From: Dimorphilus gyrociliatus
Lineage: Eukaryota; Animalia; Annelida
Direction of reading: 5' to 3'
Assembly: GCA_904063045.1 (NCBI GenBank)
Contig: CAJFCJ010000020.1
Coordinates: forward strand, 1,232,916 to 1,296,915
DNA length: 64,000 bases
Below, piece after piece: positions 11,161 through 27,495 of this stretch (position 1 is the first letter of the stretch; the number at the start of each line of letters is the position of its first letter). A program made the translations under genes and the position numbers. A model generated the notes under the pieces. It had not been told where the DNA came from and did no database searches. It saw nothing but the letters and a program-made list of their open reading frames with translations.

Positions 11161-14049
11161 ATGCAGGTCTCTAATCCAAACGATGTAAAAATATATAATC
11201 TGAGCGTTGGAAAATCATTACCGGAGGTAAATGACAATTTTTTAAATTTAAGAGCGATAATAGAGTGAATTTACTTACAGTGGCTTTCTGATAGAGCTAA
11301 AAGAAATTTATTAAAAAAAGATATAGGTAAATATCCTATATAATGCATAATGCTAACCCAATTCTATAATATTTTCATATTCCTATATTTATGAAGATGT
11401 CAGAAGACGTATTGAACTTATTCAAGATTTTGAGATGCCTACAGTTAGCAATTGCATCCAAATCACACCAGACAAACAATATATACTAGTGACTGGTAAT
11501 ATATCCTAAACTTTAATTATATTTCCTTATCTCTAACTAAATCCAGGGATATATAAGCCTCGTGTCAAATGTTATGATGTTAATCAACTATCTTTGAAAT
11601 TTGACCGAGGAATGGACGAAGAAGTCGCTCAGTTTCAAATAATATCAGAAGATTACTCGAAAATGGTATTTCTACAGGTAGATAGATTTGTTGAAATACA
11701 TGCTCAGGATGCTAAATACTATAGACTCAGACTACCAAGAGTTTGTAGAGATTTTCGATACCATAAACCAAGTTGTGATTTATATTTTGTAGGAAAAAGG
11801 TAGAACCTTTAGCAACATTTTTTTAATTTATTTAAACAAGTTCGTTGTTTATTTTTTAGCGACGAAATATACAGATTGAATTTAGAACAAGGAAAATTTG
11901 TTACTTCATTACAAACAGATGCTACGTAACTATTGAATATGTTATAATCCCAAAAATACCTCCATTAATTATATATTTCAAAATTCTAGAGATATAAATT
12001 GTTGTGATATTAACCCTCTTCATGATCTGTTTACTTGTGGAACAACAGAGGTTTCTTTTTTTATATAAGCCTAATTAGGATTTTTATTAATTCTGTGTTT
12101 CCTATACAAGGGCCATGTTGAATGTTGGGATCCAAGAACTAGGAGGAGGGCTGCTAAACTTGATTGCGGCTTAAGTACTCTCATGGAAAACGATATTGAG
12201 TACGTTAAATAACTTATTTTCAATCAAATTTTTCTTCAAAATTCCAAAAATATTAGCACAAAGAAAGTTCCGGCGATTACTCATATCAAACATCGAGATG
12301 GACTAAACATGGCTGTTGGAACGTCGACCGGTCACATTCTTCTATATGATATCCGATCTAGTAAACCTTTATTGGTAAAAGATCACAACTATGGCTTGCC
12401 CATTAAAAGTATCAACTTTAAGAGTGATCCAGATTTAGTTTTGTCTTCTGATACGAAAATTTTAAAATTATGGCATAGAAATACGGTAAGTCACAAATGA
12501 AATCGTAAATCAAATATATTTAATCACTCTATTAATATTAGGGTCAAGCATATACTTCAATTGAACCGGGAAGTAATCTAAATGCCTGCTGTACTTTTCC
12601 CGATAGTGGTCTTATTTTTATGGCAAACGAAGCTCCGAAAGTTTTGGCTTATTATATTCCCGTTTGTCTATTAAGTTAAAGCGGCTTAATTATAGTTATC
12701 TAGGTTTTTTTTACAAATAGGCTTTAGGAGCAGCTCCCAAATGGTGTTCTTTCTTAGACAACTTGACAGAAGAACTAGAAGAAGATCCAGAACCTACAGT
12801 TTATGATGACTACAAATTTGTAACCAGAACAGAACTGGAATCATTACATTTAAGTCATTTAATTGGCTCTAAAATGTTACGAGCCTACATGCATGGTTAT
12901 TTTATGGATCTAAGGCTATACAATAAAGCCAAATCAATAATTCAGCCATTTAAATATACTGAATACAAGAAAGCTAAGATTAAGGAAAAGATTGAGAAAG
13001 AGCGAGAAGAAAGAGTTAAAGTAAAGGTAAGTAAAGATATATGTTTTTTTAAATAATAGAACATCACAGAAAACTAACATAACGCATTCAAATCAGAAAC
13101 TGCCTAATGTCAACAAAGCTCTTGCTGAAAAGTTAACATTTGCAGAACAGGAAGGAAGCAAGAAAGAGAAATTGGTTAATATTTTTCTTCTAATTTATAA
13201 TTAAGATACTAAAAGATACTAAAAATATATTTTATTTTAGAGAGCTGAAACTTTACTTAAAGACGACCGTTTCTCCAAAATATTTAAAGATCCTGCTTTC
13301 CAAGTTGATGAAGAATCGGAAGAATATAGGTTATTGAATCCTGTAGTTTCGAAACTAGATAAAAAGAAAAAAAAGAGTACGCTGCAGGATCAATTTGAAG
13401 AAGTTGAAGACGAATCAGAATCTGAGAGCTCTGATGACGATCGACAATGGACTGAAGAAGTTAAAAAGCAATACAGGTAATAATTATATATGTTTCATCG
13501 TCTCAAGTTAACAAAATTATTTTTTTTATATATATCTAGAGAGATTGCTAGAGCGAAGAAAGGCGAAAAAATGAGAGAGAGAGATGATTTACGAGACGAA
13601 GACTTAACAATAAGGAAAACTAAACTTATGTCACTAAAGGATAATCATTTTGAAACTGACAGTCGGGAAGCGAAGCGAAAAAGAAAGCTTGCAAAGTAAG
13701 AGTTGATATTCTGACGAAAATTGTTCATTGACACAAAATGTTTAATTTCTTTTTAGGAAAACTTTAGGAGAATTGGTGAAAGAAGAGAATGAAGGAGGTA
13801 TGATTAGTCAGAGAAGAAACATGTCTGGAAATATTGAGATGACATTTTCGTTAAGAAAGGTACTTAAAAATTCACAAACTTTTAGTTGAATACGTTTAAT
13901 ATAATTTTTCAAATTGCTTATAGAATAAAAAGGATGAAGAGCAGAAAGAAGCTTTGCGAGAACATCGAAAAGAAAGACAGAAAATAAGAAGATCGGCCGG
14001 CCATCTTACTAGAGGGAGAGGAAAATCAAATTTTTGGAAGAGAACTTAA
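11161..14049 (+). CDS. NOL10: Nucleolar protein 10 (Enp2 homologue; WD40 + NUC153), many short introns
   Basis: MQVSNPNDVKIYNLSVGKSLPE|WLSDRAKR start; RRIELIQDFEMP; YKPRVKCYD; APKWCSFLDNLTEELEE; LRAYMHGYFMD; DDRFSKIFKDPAFQVDE; TAA at 14047-14049. Confidence 0.95.
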
Positions 14050-14186
14050 TTGTTAAAGTTGTAGATTTCTTGTACATAAAATATAATTTAGAAAAAGAGT
14101 TAATTTAATTGTACAAAGAAAATTCTTACACATGAAAAATTCTAGTCTATAAGGCAAAACAGAAAAAAAAACAAAATAATATAAGT

Positions 14187-17100
14187 TTATTCGGTTTTCA
14201 AAATGGGCAAATCGATAACCCGGAGCTGATAACCAATTGAACATACAATTGATCCATCTGTCAACTGCTGAATATTAGTAACTTTTTCTGAAGAGTTATC
14301 AAATTTCAAACCCATCTTGAATTTAACCGAGGCAGTGTCCCAGATTTCGATTGATTCACAAAATCCTAGTACAAAAAAACGGGCAGAGAGAAGAGTAGAA
14401 GATATCTCATTTGAAGAGGCGCATTCGCCAATTTTCCCTGTGTCTCTATCACAGACATAGACTTTATCTTTGTCCGTTGCAATGACCATAGCAGTTTGAT
14501 TAGCAGATATATGTAAAATACAGCCTGAAAATGTACTCCTTAACCATCTGGTGCATGTTCCAGTTGACACATCCCAGAAACGAATGTGGCCATCGGAGCA
14601 AATGCTCATTGCGCCATGTTCATCAAGATATACTTTAGTAATAGGAGATGAATGCCCACGTAGGTTAAATTTAATATTAAAGGTATCAAGATGAATAACT
14701 TTAACGGCTTCATCTCGGCCACCAGTAAGGAGATGAGAGCGAAATTTTGAAATTGAAGTGATTTCAGTCCTATGTGCCTGTATCGTTTTGTGACAATCAT
14801 TATCGTCAAAAACAGTGATTGTGCCATTCAGTCTGGCAGCTAAGCAAGTTTTGCTGCTTATGGATACATAGGTAACACCGGATCTGCTATCAGAATACTC
14901 AAACAGCAAATTACCGCTCATCATGTCCCATATTTCAATGACTCCATCCTCACAACCTGCGGCCGCTTTACTTTCAAATAAGTCAATGCACCATATACTA
15001 GGAGCTGACTTACAAGAGTCTTCCTCCTCGGTCAGAACAGATGAAGAAGAAGTCTTTAAGTTTGAAAATTCTCGTGATAGTCGTTGAACATTATCATTTG
15101 TAACGTTAAAGTCATAATGAATTCCATCTAAAGCAGGTTCTGGTTTAGGTCTTTTTCGAAATGATGTATGCCGTTTAACAACAGTCTTTCGATCAATTGT
15201 ATTCAAACAACGACTAGCCAATGAGTCGAATAAAGCAAGTTTTCCAGAGAGACAGCAGGATAAGATAAAAGTACCATCAACAGCCATTAAATCTATTGAA
15301 CATGAGTGACTAATAAGGACTTTTGGTTCTCCATTTAGAGTGACATTTCTATCTACTGGTTTTTTGCCATACCACCAATCACGTTGGGATTTTTCATATC
15401 GTCTGGAGCACATAAAGCGACATAATCCAGCGCACATGTAAGCTATTATTACCGACGAAAGTATGACGAAAACGATGGTAACAACTAGTTCCTTCTGAGT
15501 GTTCGGATAAAATCGTATCATATCTTCTTCTTCTGAATTCTCTGTTTTATCGTCATTGGAAGTTTCAGATCTTCCTTCTTCTTGGTGTCTCAATTCAACT
15601 GCTTCATTAGGTGTTTGAATGACCGAAAAATGGCGTGACGGCAAAACGGATATATAGCGACCATCTAATGAAATATTATAATATGAAAATAAACCAGGGA
15701 AATGATTATGAGATAGAGAACGCCACTGTTCGAAGTTAGAATGGGTCAATTGTTGTTTAAGGATGTCATCAGGAGTTATCTGAGGTTTTAAGTCCGGACC
15801 AACAGATATAAAACCCGCTATTTTCCCCATAAGACCACTCTTATATAAAAATAGTATCACCCAAACTATGAAGCAAACCATTAAAGCTCTTTGCATAAGC
15901 CTAGTTCTAGCTAAAAAGTCCATGACACGTATTCTTTTAGCTTGACGAGGTACATAATGAAATTGTGGACCGCTTTGTTTACCAACGTAATTTGACGATT
16001 TTGAAAGTCGTCTCGCACTTGGCGAGGTCGCTGATGAACTGCCAAATATGGATTTGACGGGACATTCAAACACAGGTAATGGATCATCTTTTTCATTGGT
16101 TACTCTTAATTCGGTTTGATGTTTAGCTAAATCGGAAAGCTAAACAAATAATATTATCAGTAAGCTAATTAGCTCAAATAATTTTAGCCAAAAGTTCTAC
16201 CTCAAGTCTACGCATATCAACAGATAAGACAGTTGCATAAAAAAACATTTGCAGAAAAAAATCTGTAAGCAGACCAACAACGGCGAATAGGCAGAATTCC
16301 TGAAAAAAAAGATATTTTATTACTCATGGGTAAATAGTGTCATCTTTTCGAAATTTTTCATTCTCTTGATAAGGTTAATCATTTTAGAAATACGAGTGTT
16401 ATCCTACTTAATTTCTACACGTGCACCAAATAGATAAGATTTAGGAACATGTTAAAAAATACCGAAGTCTGTGTTAAATATACACAGGGATATTTTTAGA
16501 ACTAAATCGTACGATATTATTGTTAGTACCTGTATTGCCTGTACGAATGTTGCAAAACCAGCAGCCAAAATTGTTAATTCTATAATAAGATTTTTAAATA
16601 TCGGCCATCCTTCCTTTCTTAGACCCTTTGCTACACGATATTTGACTTCAATATCAAATGGTGTTGATACAACCGATTTCGTAACAACAATTGTATTTTC
16701 AATTCCAATAATAACGACCAAATATGGTAAGATTTCGCTGAATGATTATTTTATTATAAATACAAAGTATTTATTTCATTATAATTTATCCAACAAACCT
16801 TCCACTAAGAGTTGGTGACATTCCAAAAAAAGTACATATACCAATTGACATTAATAAAGAGCTTAGGACTGTAAAAACAGCGCTAAATGCCAAACCCCAT
16901 TTAGATTTTACCATCTCAATTTTACCTATTATAAATACACAACATTTAAAAAGCAAACTTCAACTTGATCTTCAGTTTAAAGTTAATTAATAAAAGTTCA
17001 TATTGAAAGTTTTACTTACTGACTGAGAAATATAAGTACAGGAAGAGGAATATATATGGAAGAATAAGGGGCGTATAGTCAACTAATAAATTTTTATTTT

Positions 17101-18095
17101 TGAAATGAAGATGGACGACATCATTTATTTCGGATTGATTAAAAGATATAGAAAGTGGATAACTTTTTCTTAAGTATTCATCCAATTGTCTCAAGTATTC
17201 GGTATTTGGCTTTTTCAAAAACAATGTAAAAGCAAATGAAATGATTCTTTGACGGTTCCTAAAGTATATTCGATTTATACCGGTAACCGATAATGGCAAA
17301 CCGAACAGATGGTCTGAAAATGAATATCACTTTTATATGCTTACTCTAAATAACTGATTCATTTAAAATAAACCTCTGATATTTGGAGGATTTTCCAAAA
17401 TGCTACCATAATTATTAAAAATCGTTTTAATAATCTCAGCATCTTCCATAAACCTATTTTATTATAATGTTATACTGTATAAATAGTTATTTGAATACAA
17501 GACATTCCTTTACTTAATATACCTGTATTTATTATTTCCCCAGAAGTTTGTTGGAGAAAGAATTAGGCATCCAGATTCTGGGAGTATATTCAGTTTCTTA
17601 ATAGCATCTATAGTTTGCGAGGCATGATAACATACGTCAGATAAAGTTAATGTTGAAGCATTTCCCCTGCAGAATAATATTGCTTTGTTAATAGAATGAC
17701 AGAAATTAAAAATGAACAATTTCGTACGCGTTGACTGCTTGAAAATTACGAATTTGGTCAAGAATATCGAATGCTTTAGATATAGTTGCTCTGAAAGCAT
17801 CTGTCTTTACTAAGAGTTTCTTATTCCATGGAGAAACAGTCGTCTTGAAAACGAATTGAGTAGCATATACATAGGGGTAACCATTGAACCAACTTGGTCC
17901 AGAACCCTGATATTGATCGTCAATATGAGTTTGATATTCCAACGGTGCGTTACTAAGATATGATAACCCCGTAAGGGGATACCAAGTAATCAGCAATATA
18001 GATATAACAAATGTTATTATAGCAAAAGGGTGGCTGGCACAGACTAAACCGTGGTAATAAAAGATTGATGATACTTTGTTTTGTAGTCGCTGCAT
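14187..18095 (-). CDS. SCAP: SREBP cleavage-activating protein (sterol-sensing domain + WD40 repeats)
   Basis: N-terminus [17 protein letters not shown]; YLYF motif; [22 protein letters not shown]...[12 protein letters not shown]; RRLE|LSDL (MELADL-like); C-terminal WD40s ([15 protein letters not shown]). Confidence 0.93.
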
Positions 18096-18815
18096 TCAGT
18101 CTGAAAGAGCGAAAATAATGATATTAGCAATTATAGTTTCTCATTGTCATACAGTTAGTGTGATCGACTAATTAGATAACATAGTTTAAAGGTATTCTAT
18201 AGATGAAATAAAGCAGAAAAATAAAACATTATTCAAGGATAAAGTACAGCAATCTTTCCTATCTTATTGGTATAACTTTTTTGTTAATTTATAAAGAACT
18301 GATGAGTCAGATTTAGGCTCTAGTAAATAACTGATAAAAAAACTAAAAAACAGATTTCTACTATTTTTCGCTCACCATTTAAAGAAAGCTTTTTCGAGAG
18401 GTTAACAAATGCGTCGTTGGAAGTTAAATTCATGAAACACCATAAAAAAGCAACTGTCTGTAATTTATGTATTTTGAATGATTTACAGCGTGTACACTAC
18501 ATGAATTTTAAGTGAAACTCTTAAATTTCCGATTTAACAGAACCACAGGAAAACTCTGTCGCTAAATTTAAAGAAACATATATTTTACGGTAATGTTTTG
18601 CATATCTACCGGAGCGATATTAGGCAGTTTCGTAATATTTCAAAATCGTTTTTTTAAATAGTTGTAGCTTATATGCTACTTAACTATATGTTTTCTTTTA
18701 TTAAACACGTACCAAATACCCCATAGTATTTAGATAATTTTTGGTAGGATTTTTTAATTCTTCTTTGTGATTTACAAATGGATATGGTATAATTTCTGCT
18801 GAGCGATAAAGAGTT

Positions 18816-21800
18816 ATGGGAAAATATAAGAAATATAGAAAAGAGGCAAGAAACTATGCGAAAGAAGTAAGCAACGAACGAAATGATGAAGATAATAAAT
18901 CAGATAGAAACGAAGATGACGATGAACAAGATCATTCAACTGAAGATCCTCGATCATACTATAAATCCTCGTTATCTTCTTCTAAGCAACAAGAAAAAGA
19001 ACAAAAAATTCCTTGCTCTTGGGACAGATACAGAACTTCTCTTCGCAAAATGTTCTTTACGGAAAGTGAAATCATATCAGGGTAAATATGATTAAGTTCT
19101 CTATAACATATATAATAAATAATTTTCTAAATTCATTTTAGTGAAAAAGAAGAAGAAGACTTCTGGGCATTTTTAAGGAAATATGAAGCTTTTCAAAAAA
19201 AACGAGGACAGAACAAGTCTTACAAAGGTAAGGTTAATTATTTCATTAGAAATATAAAATATAAAAGAAACTGATTTAATTAACAATTTTAGATGAAGAT
19301 AACTCAAGAAAATTATCTAAAAAATTTTCTCTACCTCTAAATTATGAAAAAAAGTTCAAAATGAACTATTCCCTATCAAGACATGCGCTAAAATATTTAG
19401 CCGTCTCCCAAAGAGACTATGGTAAGGGTTATAATGAAAGTTATAAATTTAATTGTAAATTCTTTCAGATAGAGGTTTAACCGACGAAAAAATTAAGGAG
19501 TTTAAGCAAATTCTCCTTTATTATGTGGATTTTTGTCAAAAAGCAAAATTTGCAAAAGTTCAAAAGCTTAGAGAAGATCAAAGAAATTTGCCTATATTTG
19601 CTTATAAGGAGAAAATCCTAGAGGAAATAAAGCAAAATCAAGTTGTAGTGGTGGCTGGAGATACTGGATGCGGAAAATCGACCCAAATACCACAGTATTT
19701 ATTAGAGGCTGGTTACTCTAATATTGCTTGTACACAACCACGAAGAATTGCGTGCATATCCCTATCAAAACGTGTTGGTTATGAAACATTTAATGAATAT
19801 CGCACTCAAGTTGCATATCAAGTAATTGAAATTATATCTTCTATATCTCTGATAAATCTTGCTTATATTATTTATCATTTTAGGTTCGTTTTGAAAAAAG
19901 CAGAACTAAAGCAACAAGAATTCTTTTCTTAACTGAAGGTTTATTGTTACGCCAACTTCAGAATGATCCTCTCTTATCTCAGTATAGCGTAGTTGTTATT
20001 GACGAAGTGAGCTGAAAATTAAAAATTTTGGATTTTTATAACTAACTTTTCAAATTTTAGGTTCACGAGAGGCACATTCATACTGATTTTCTTTTGGGTA
20101 TTATGCGCTGTATCATGTTACAAAGAACAGATTTAAAGATTGTTTTAATGTCGGCTACTATTAACATCGATTTATTTAGTTCTTATTTTGAAGACTGTCC
20201 AGTTTTAAGAGTTCCTGGAAGGTTATATCCTATAACATTGAACTATAAGCCCATTGGCATAGAAGAGAAAGCTAGCAGAAGTGAGAGACTCAATCCTGGT
20301 CCTTATATTCGTATTTTACAACTGATTGATCACAAGTATCCTGCAAATGAAAGAGGTGATTTGTTAATGTTTTTGAGTGGTATGGCAGAAATAATGGCTG
20401 TTGTTGAGGCTGCTCGAGCTTACTCAGAACACAATAAGAGATGGATTATTCTCCCTTTGCACAGTTCATTGTCTATAGAGGAACAAGACAAAGTGTTTGA
20501 CATTGCTCCCGATGGGGTTAGAAAGTGCATCGTTTCCACCAATATTGCAGAGACATCGGTAACAATAGATGGCGTCCGCTTTGTGGTTGATTCTGGTAAA
20601 GTTAAAGAGATGAGCTATGACTCAAAATGTTCTATGCAAAAACTTCAAGAATTTTGGATCAGTCGAGCCAGTGCAGAACAAGTAACAATCATTTTCAGTT
20701 TTATTTATTTTGTGACTTATTATAAATTTATGTAGCGTAAAGGAAGAGCAGGTCGAACTGGACCAGGTGTATGCTATAGGTTATATGCTGAATCGGATTA
20801 TGATGCATTCCAAGAGTATTCAACTCCCGAAATTAGACGAGTCCCCCTAGAGTCTTTGATTCTTCAAATGTGCGCTATGGGCTTAACAGATCCTCACAAG
20901 TAACTAAAAGTTTAATTCTTAATAGGAAAAGTTTTATTGTATAATCTATATCATACGAAAACAGGTTTCCTTTCATAGAACCTCCAGATTCTGCTTCTAT
21001 TGAAAATTCTGTAGTCTTTTTAAAAGAACAAGTAAGTTTGGCTATTACCTTGTTGAATTAATAAATTTCAATTGTCTCTAAATAATTTTATTAGAAAGCC
21101 CTTACGGAAAATGATGTATTGACACCGATAGGACAAATGTTGTCCCAACTACCTGTTGATGTTGTAATGGGAAAAATGCTAATCATGGGTTCTATATTTC
21201 GAGTAAGCTTAAATTAAAACTTAAATAAAAATTTACATAAAAGTTTAATAAACCTTTACAGATGATTGATCCAGTTCTCACAGTCGCAGCAGCTTTGAGC
21301 ATACAGTCCCCTTTTACAAGTAGGGCCCATACCGATCTCGAAGCTACAGTAATACTTTCAATTTATGAGATATTATACCAATAAAAGTAATAAAATTATT
21401 TAGGAAGCAAGGAAAGACCTGGAATCTGATCATGGTGATCCATTTGTATTGTTAAATTTATATGACGCTTGGTTGGAAATTAAAGCTGAAGGAAGTCAAA
21501 CAAAAAAATGGTGTAAACGACGCGGTCTTGAGGAACAAAGATTTTACGAATTAAGTAAATTACGTAAACAATTTCAGCAATTACTTCAGGTTTTAATTTC
21601 ACATTAAATTTCTATAAGTATGATTAAAAATTGTTCAAAATTGATTACTGAAGGACCATCAACTCATGCCAAAGGACATTTCTGAAAGTAATGAGTATAT
21701 GACAGCAGATGAGAGAAAAAAAAAACATGCTGAAAGGCGAATGTTACATAAATTAAAGAGAAAAGAACAGCAGAGTAGTAGAAAGCGTAAAATATTAAAA

Positions 21801-23430
21801 TTGGAGGATGATGTTTGTCTTTTTAAATTATTTTAAGTAAAAGTTTAAAAGATATAATGTATTTAATTCAGCGTTACGAATTAAGCGAAAATGAAGGAGA
21901 TAAGGATGAAAACTCTGGCGATATAAGAGATATCGAATTTAGATTAACTCATAATCTTGATAAATTGCAAAGCTCATCAGCTCGAAAAAGAAAATTAACT
22001 GCAAGAGATTACAACTTATTGAAAATAATCATATCAAGTGGTCTTTACCCTCAAGTTAGTATATTTATCTAAATATACTGTATAATTTTTCGCAGTTTAA
22101 AAAAATCGCTTGTACTTTCTATTTTTAAAAGATGGCGATAGCTGACAACCACAATAATTTCAAACCAAATAGTGAACAAGCATTCCATACTAAGGTATTT
22201 TATTTTTAGCCTTAAACAGACGTAATGATTTATAAATATAAACTGGGATAATGAGTCATATTTTCCAGAACAAGCAATTTGTTTTATTGCACCCTACTGG
22301 AACATTTTCGAGTAATCCGGAAGTTTTGCAGTTAAAACATCACGACATAAAAAAAGGATTAAACAAAAAGGATTTATATAGTAATAGTCATCAATTATTG
22401 GCTTATGTGTGGGTTTTTATATCTTAGCAATCGACCGTTCTATATATAATTTTAATTATAGATCACTCTTAGAAACAACTAAACCTTACCTAATGGGAAC
22501 CATGAGAGTTCCAGCTCTTCAAACCCTTTTACTATTCGCTTCATCTATCGATACAAATTCGAATTGTAGCAGGTAAGAGTATAATAGGTCTTTTCCTTAG
22601 TTCTTTTGAAAATTGAGTATTTAAGGATACTTTGTGACGGATGGATGGAATTAAAAATTGAAGATGTATCAGCTGCACAGAAGCTCGTTACTAATGTCGT
22701 AGCATTGAGAAATACTTGGTTAAAACTCATACAAATGAAATTGGATGATGCTTGGAATAAAACCGAGCAAGATACTATAGTTTACAGAAAAATGAAAAAA
22801 CTACAAGAAATTCTAACTGAAAAATTAGGAGATTTCCTTTCTTGTGATATTTCTTATTGTATAAGAAGAGTATTTGTTGCTGAGTTGAAAATCTCTTATC
22901 GAGGACCGGAAGAAGGTATTCTAAACAAACACTTCTATATACAATGACTGATATTTATCTCAATCAACTAATGTTTTATTACAGACTTTTCTGATATCAA
23001 TACTGAGAACAAACCGATTCATCCTCTCAAAGGCGGAATTAGAGTTAATGATTATTGGACTCACGCATGGTAAGTGGTAATAAACTAATTATAATGTAAT
23101 TATTTACTTATAAGGAAATATTTGTCTAATAGTTTATTAGAAGATTCGAATAGCTCCGCTGATTTGACGAGGTCTTACATGAAAAATTTATGGACCTGTC
23201 CATCTTGTAATCACGACTTCGCTTTTAATGTTCTTCAAAGGGTTAGTCATGAGGAGGATTGTTGTAAGAGCAAAGAAGAAGAAGCATGCAATGAACTAGA
23301 AGATAAGCTACGACAAGAAGGTCATGAAAAACTTCGGAAAAATTTCGAATGTGATAAATGTCAAAAGGAATTTAATTTTACGACTATTGAAGCATTAAAA
23401 CACAGGAAATTGTGTTCGATAGATAACTAA
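18816..23430 (+). CDS. DHX34: DEAH-box RNA helicase DHX34 (NMD factor), multi-exon
   Basis: [16 protein letters not shown]|[23 protein letters not shown]|[13 protein letters not shown]2/OB regions and C-terminal CxxC...HxxxC fingers. Confidence 0.9.
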
Positions 23431-23909
23431 CCTTTATTGGTCAGATATTTATATATTTATGCTTATATATTTATATTGTATATAAATAAGGAATATGCAT
23501 ATTTTATATATTTATGTATGATACTTTCAATTTCCTCCCTTCTTGGGTAAAAGCCAAAAACAAAAAGACAACATCACTCTGTACATTATATACAGTTTAT
23601 ACAAGTTATATATACTGTTTATACTGTTTTATGTATATATTATGCATCTATTTTTAAATATTATATATTTGTACAAAGCATTCTTGTATTACAGTATTAT
23701 ATTACAATACATATACTAAGTATATAGATTATTTGTCAACAACATATTGAACCAGACGGAATTGGAAGAAAGTAATTGAAGTAAATTGTATAAGATTTAG
23801 ACTTTTTGAAAATTCGCGCGCTTTAAAATATATTCAATGCGGTATCACAATGTCCTTAGGTTTGCGATAATAGGAGTTACTACTCGAGAAAACCGTATTA
23901 ACTATCATA

Positions 23910-26081
<2,172 letters not shown>

Positions 26082-26435
26082 TATTTACCTAATTCTGAAT
26101 GGTAAATTGGGCTTGTCATGGTCTTATGTGTTTAAAATGTCTTGTTCTCTGAAATAAATTGATATATAGAACAAAATGCACTATAATTTGTACATTGATC
26201 GTTATAATATCATAAATGGAATATCGTCAGTCACGTTCAGTCATACTTAGTACTTTATGAGCACTAGATGCTTTTCTAGCCTTTATAGAGAAGCGAGACA
26301 GAGGTCTTAGGTATGAGCAATACTAATAATGCCATTTGCATATTTGAGACTGACAATATACATAAAGTCGTCAGCAGGTGTCGCTCCATATATATATATC
26401 GTTTCATAAAGATTTAAGTTCTCAAGTAATTCAGT

Positions 26436-27209
26436 ATGAGATTTTTTTTTCTAATCAGTCTTTTTTTGCTTAACTTGCTGCGAAATGCCGTTCAAGGTTA
26501 GTATGTTTGTCAACTTGACAAATTATTTACCTACAGAATATTTTTGTCAATTGTTCGTTGACAAATTCTTTCATTGAATTATTTACGATACCGTACGTTT
26601 ATTGTTGTTATCAATTTTATAGATCAATCTTTCCATGGATTACAATCGATAGATCTCAGTAAACTTGCTGAGAAGTTACTAGAAAGAAGAGGTAAATAAT
26701 ACAGTGAAGTTATATTTACTTTTTAGGGTGAAGATGACTTAATAGGAATAGTTCTTAAGCTGAACATAAAGCGTTTTAGACTAACATGGTTTGTTTAACT
26801 AAGGGGCGTTTGATATATTTATTAAGTTCAAGATTTAAAGTATTGTTAAAAGGTTACCTGTTTGCGATATAGAATTTTTACCGTTAAGTCCCTTTTAGGC
26901 CTTTTATTACGTTAGCTCCACTGTTTTTATCAGAAATTCAGAGGACTTTTGAAAAGATACAAAGGCAAAAGTTGGAAGATATATTAAGGAGATTGGAAGA
27001 AACGTCGCGGACTACTACGACGAAACCCATTGAAAGTACAAATGAAGAACTGCTAAGGCTATTAATAATGGTTCGGAAAGAGTTACAGTCTCATGGTATA
27101 TAATTTCAATATCAGTATATGAAAATAGAAATTAATTCATCATTTGTTCTAAAAAAAAACTATAGAAATTCAAAAGAAGTACGAAGAAATCCATCCTATC
27201 CGAGGGTGA
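26436..27209 (+). CDS. Small secreted protein or peptide precursor (111 aa, 4 exons), absent from the ORF track
   Basis: Exons 26436-26496, 26623-26691, 26934-27095 and 27166-27209 join in frame with GT-AG phase-1 introns; signal peptide MRFFFLISLFLLNLLRNAVQ; dibasic RR/RK/KK sites; ends ...KKYEEIHPIRG-stop. Confidence 0.65.
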
Positions 27210-27495
27210 GAGAGCACCGAAGACTAGCATAGACGTAGTCAAATTGAGGAAATGAGTTCTAAATACACATTAAAAAGCGGATAAATGTAAAATATTGTCT
27301 TAATAGAATGCTTAAAAAATACAGGATTACTTAAAATTTCTATAATAAGTGAGTAATGACAATATCACATTTATGACTATAAAAGATTTAACTGTTCACA
27401 AAAGTATCGTTTACAGATTAACTTTATCAAAGATCGTTAACTCATTAAACACATACTATTAAAAAAAAAAAGACAAGTTGTATCCATTAATAAGC

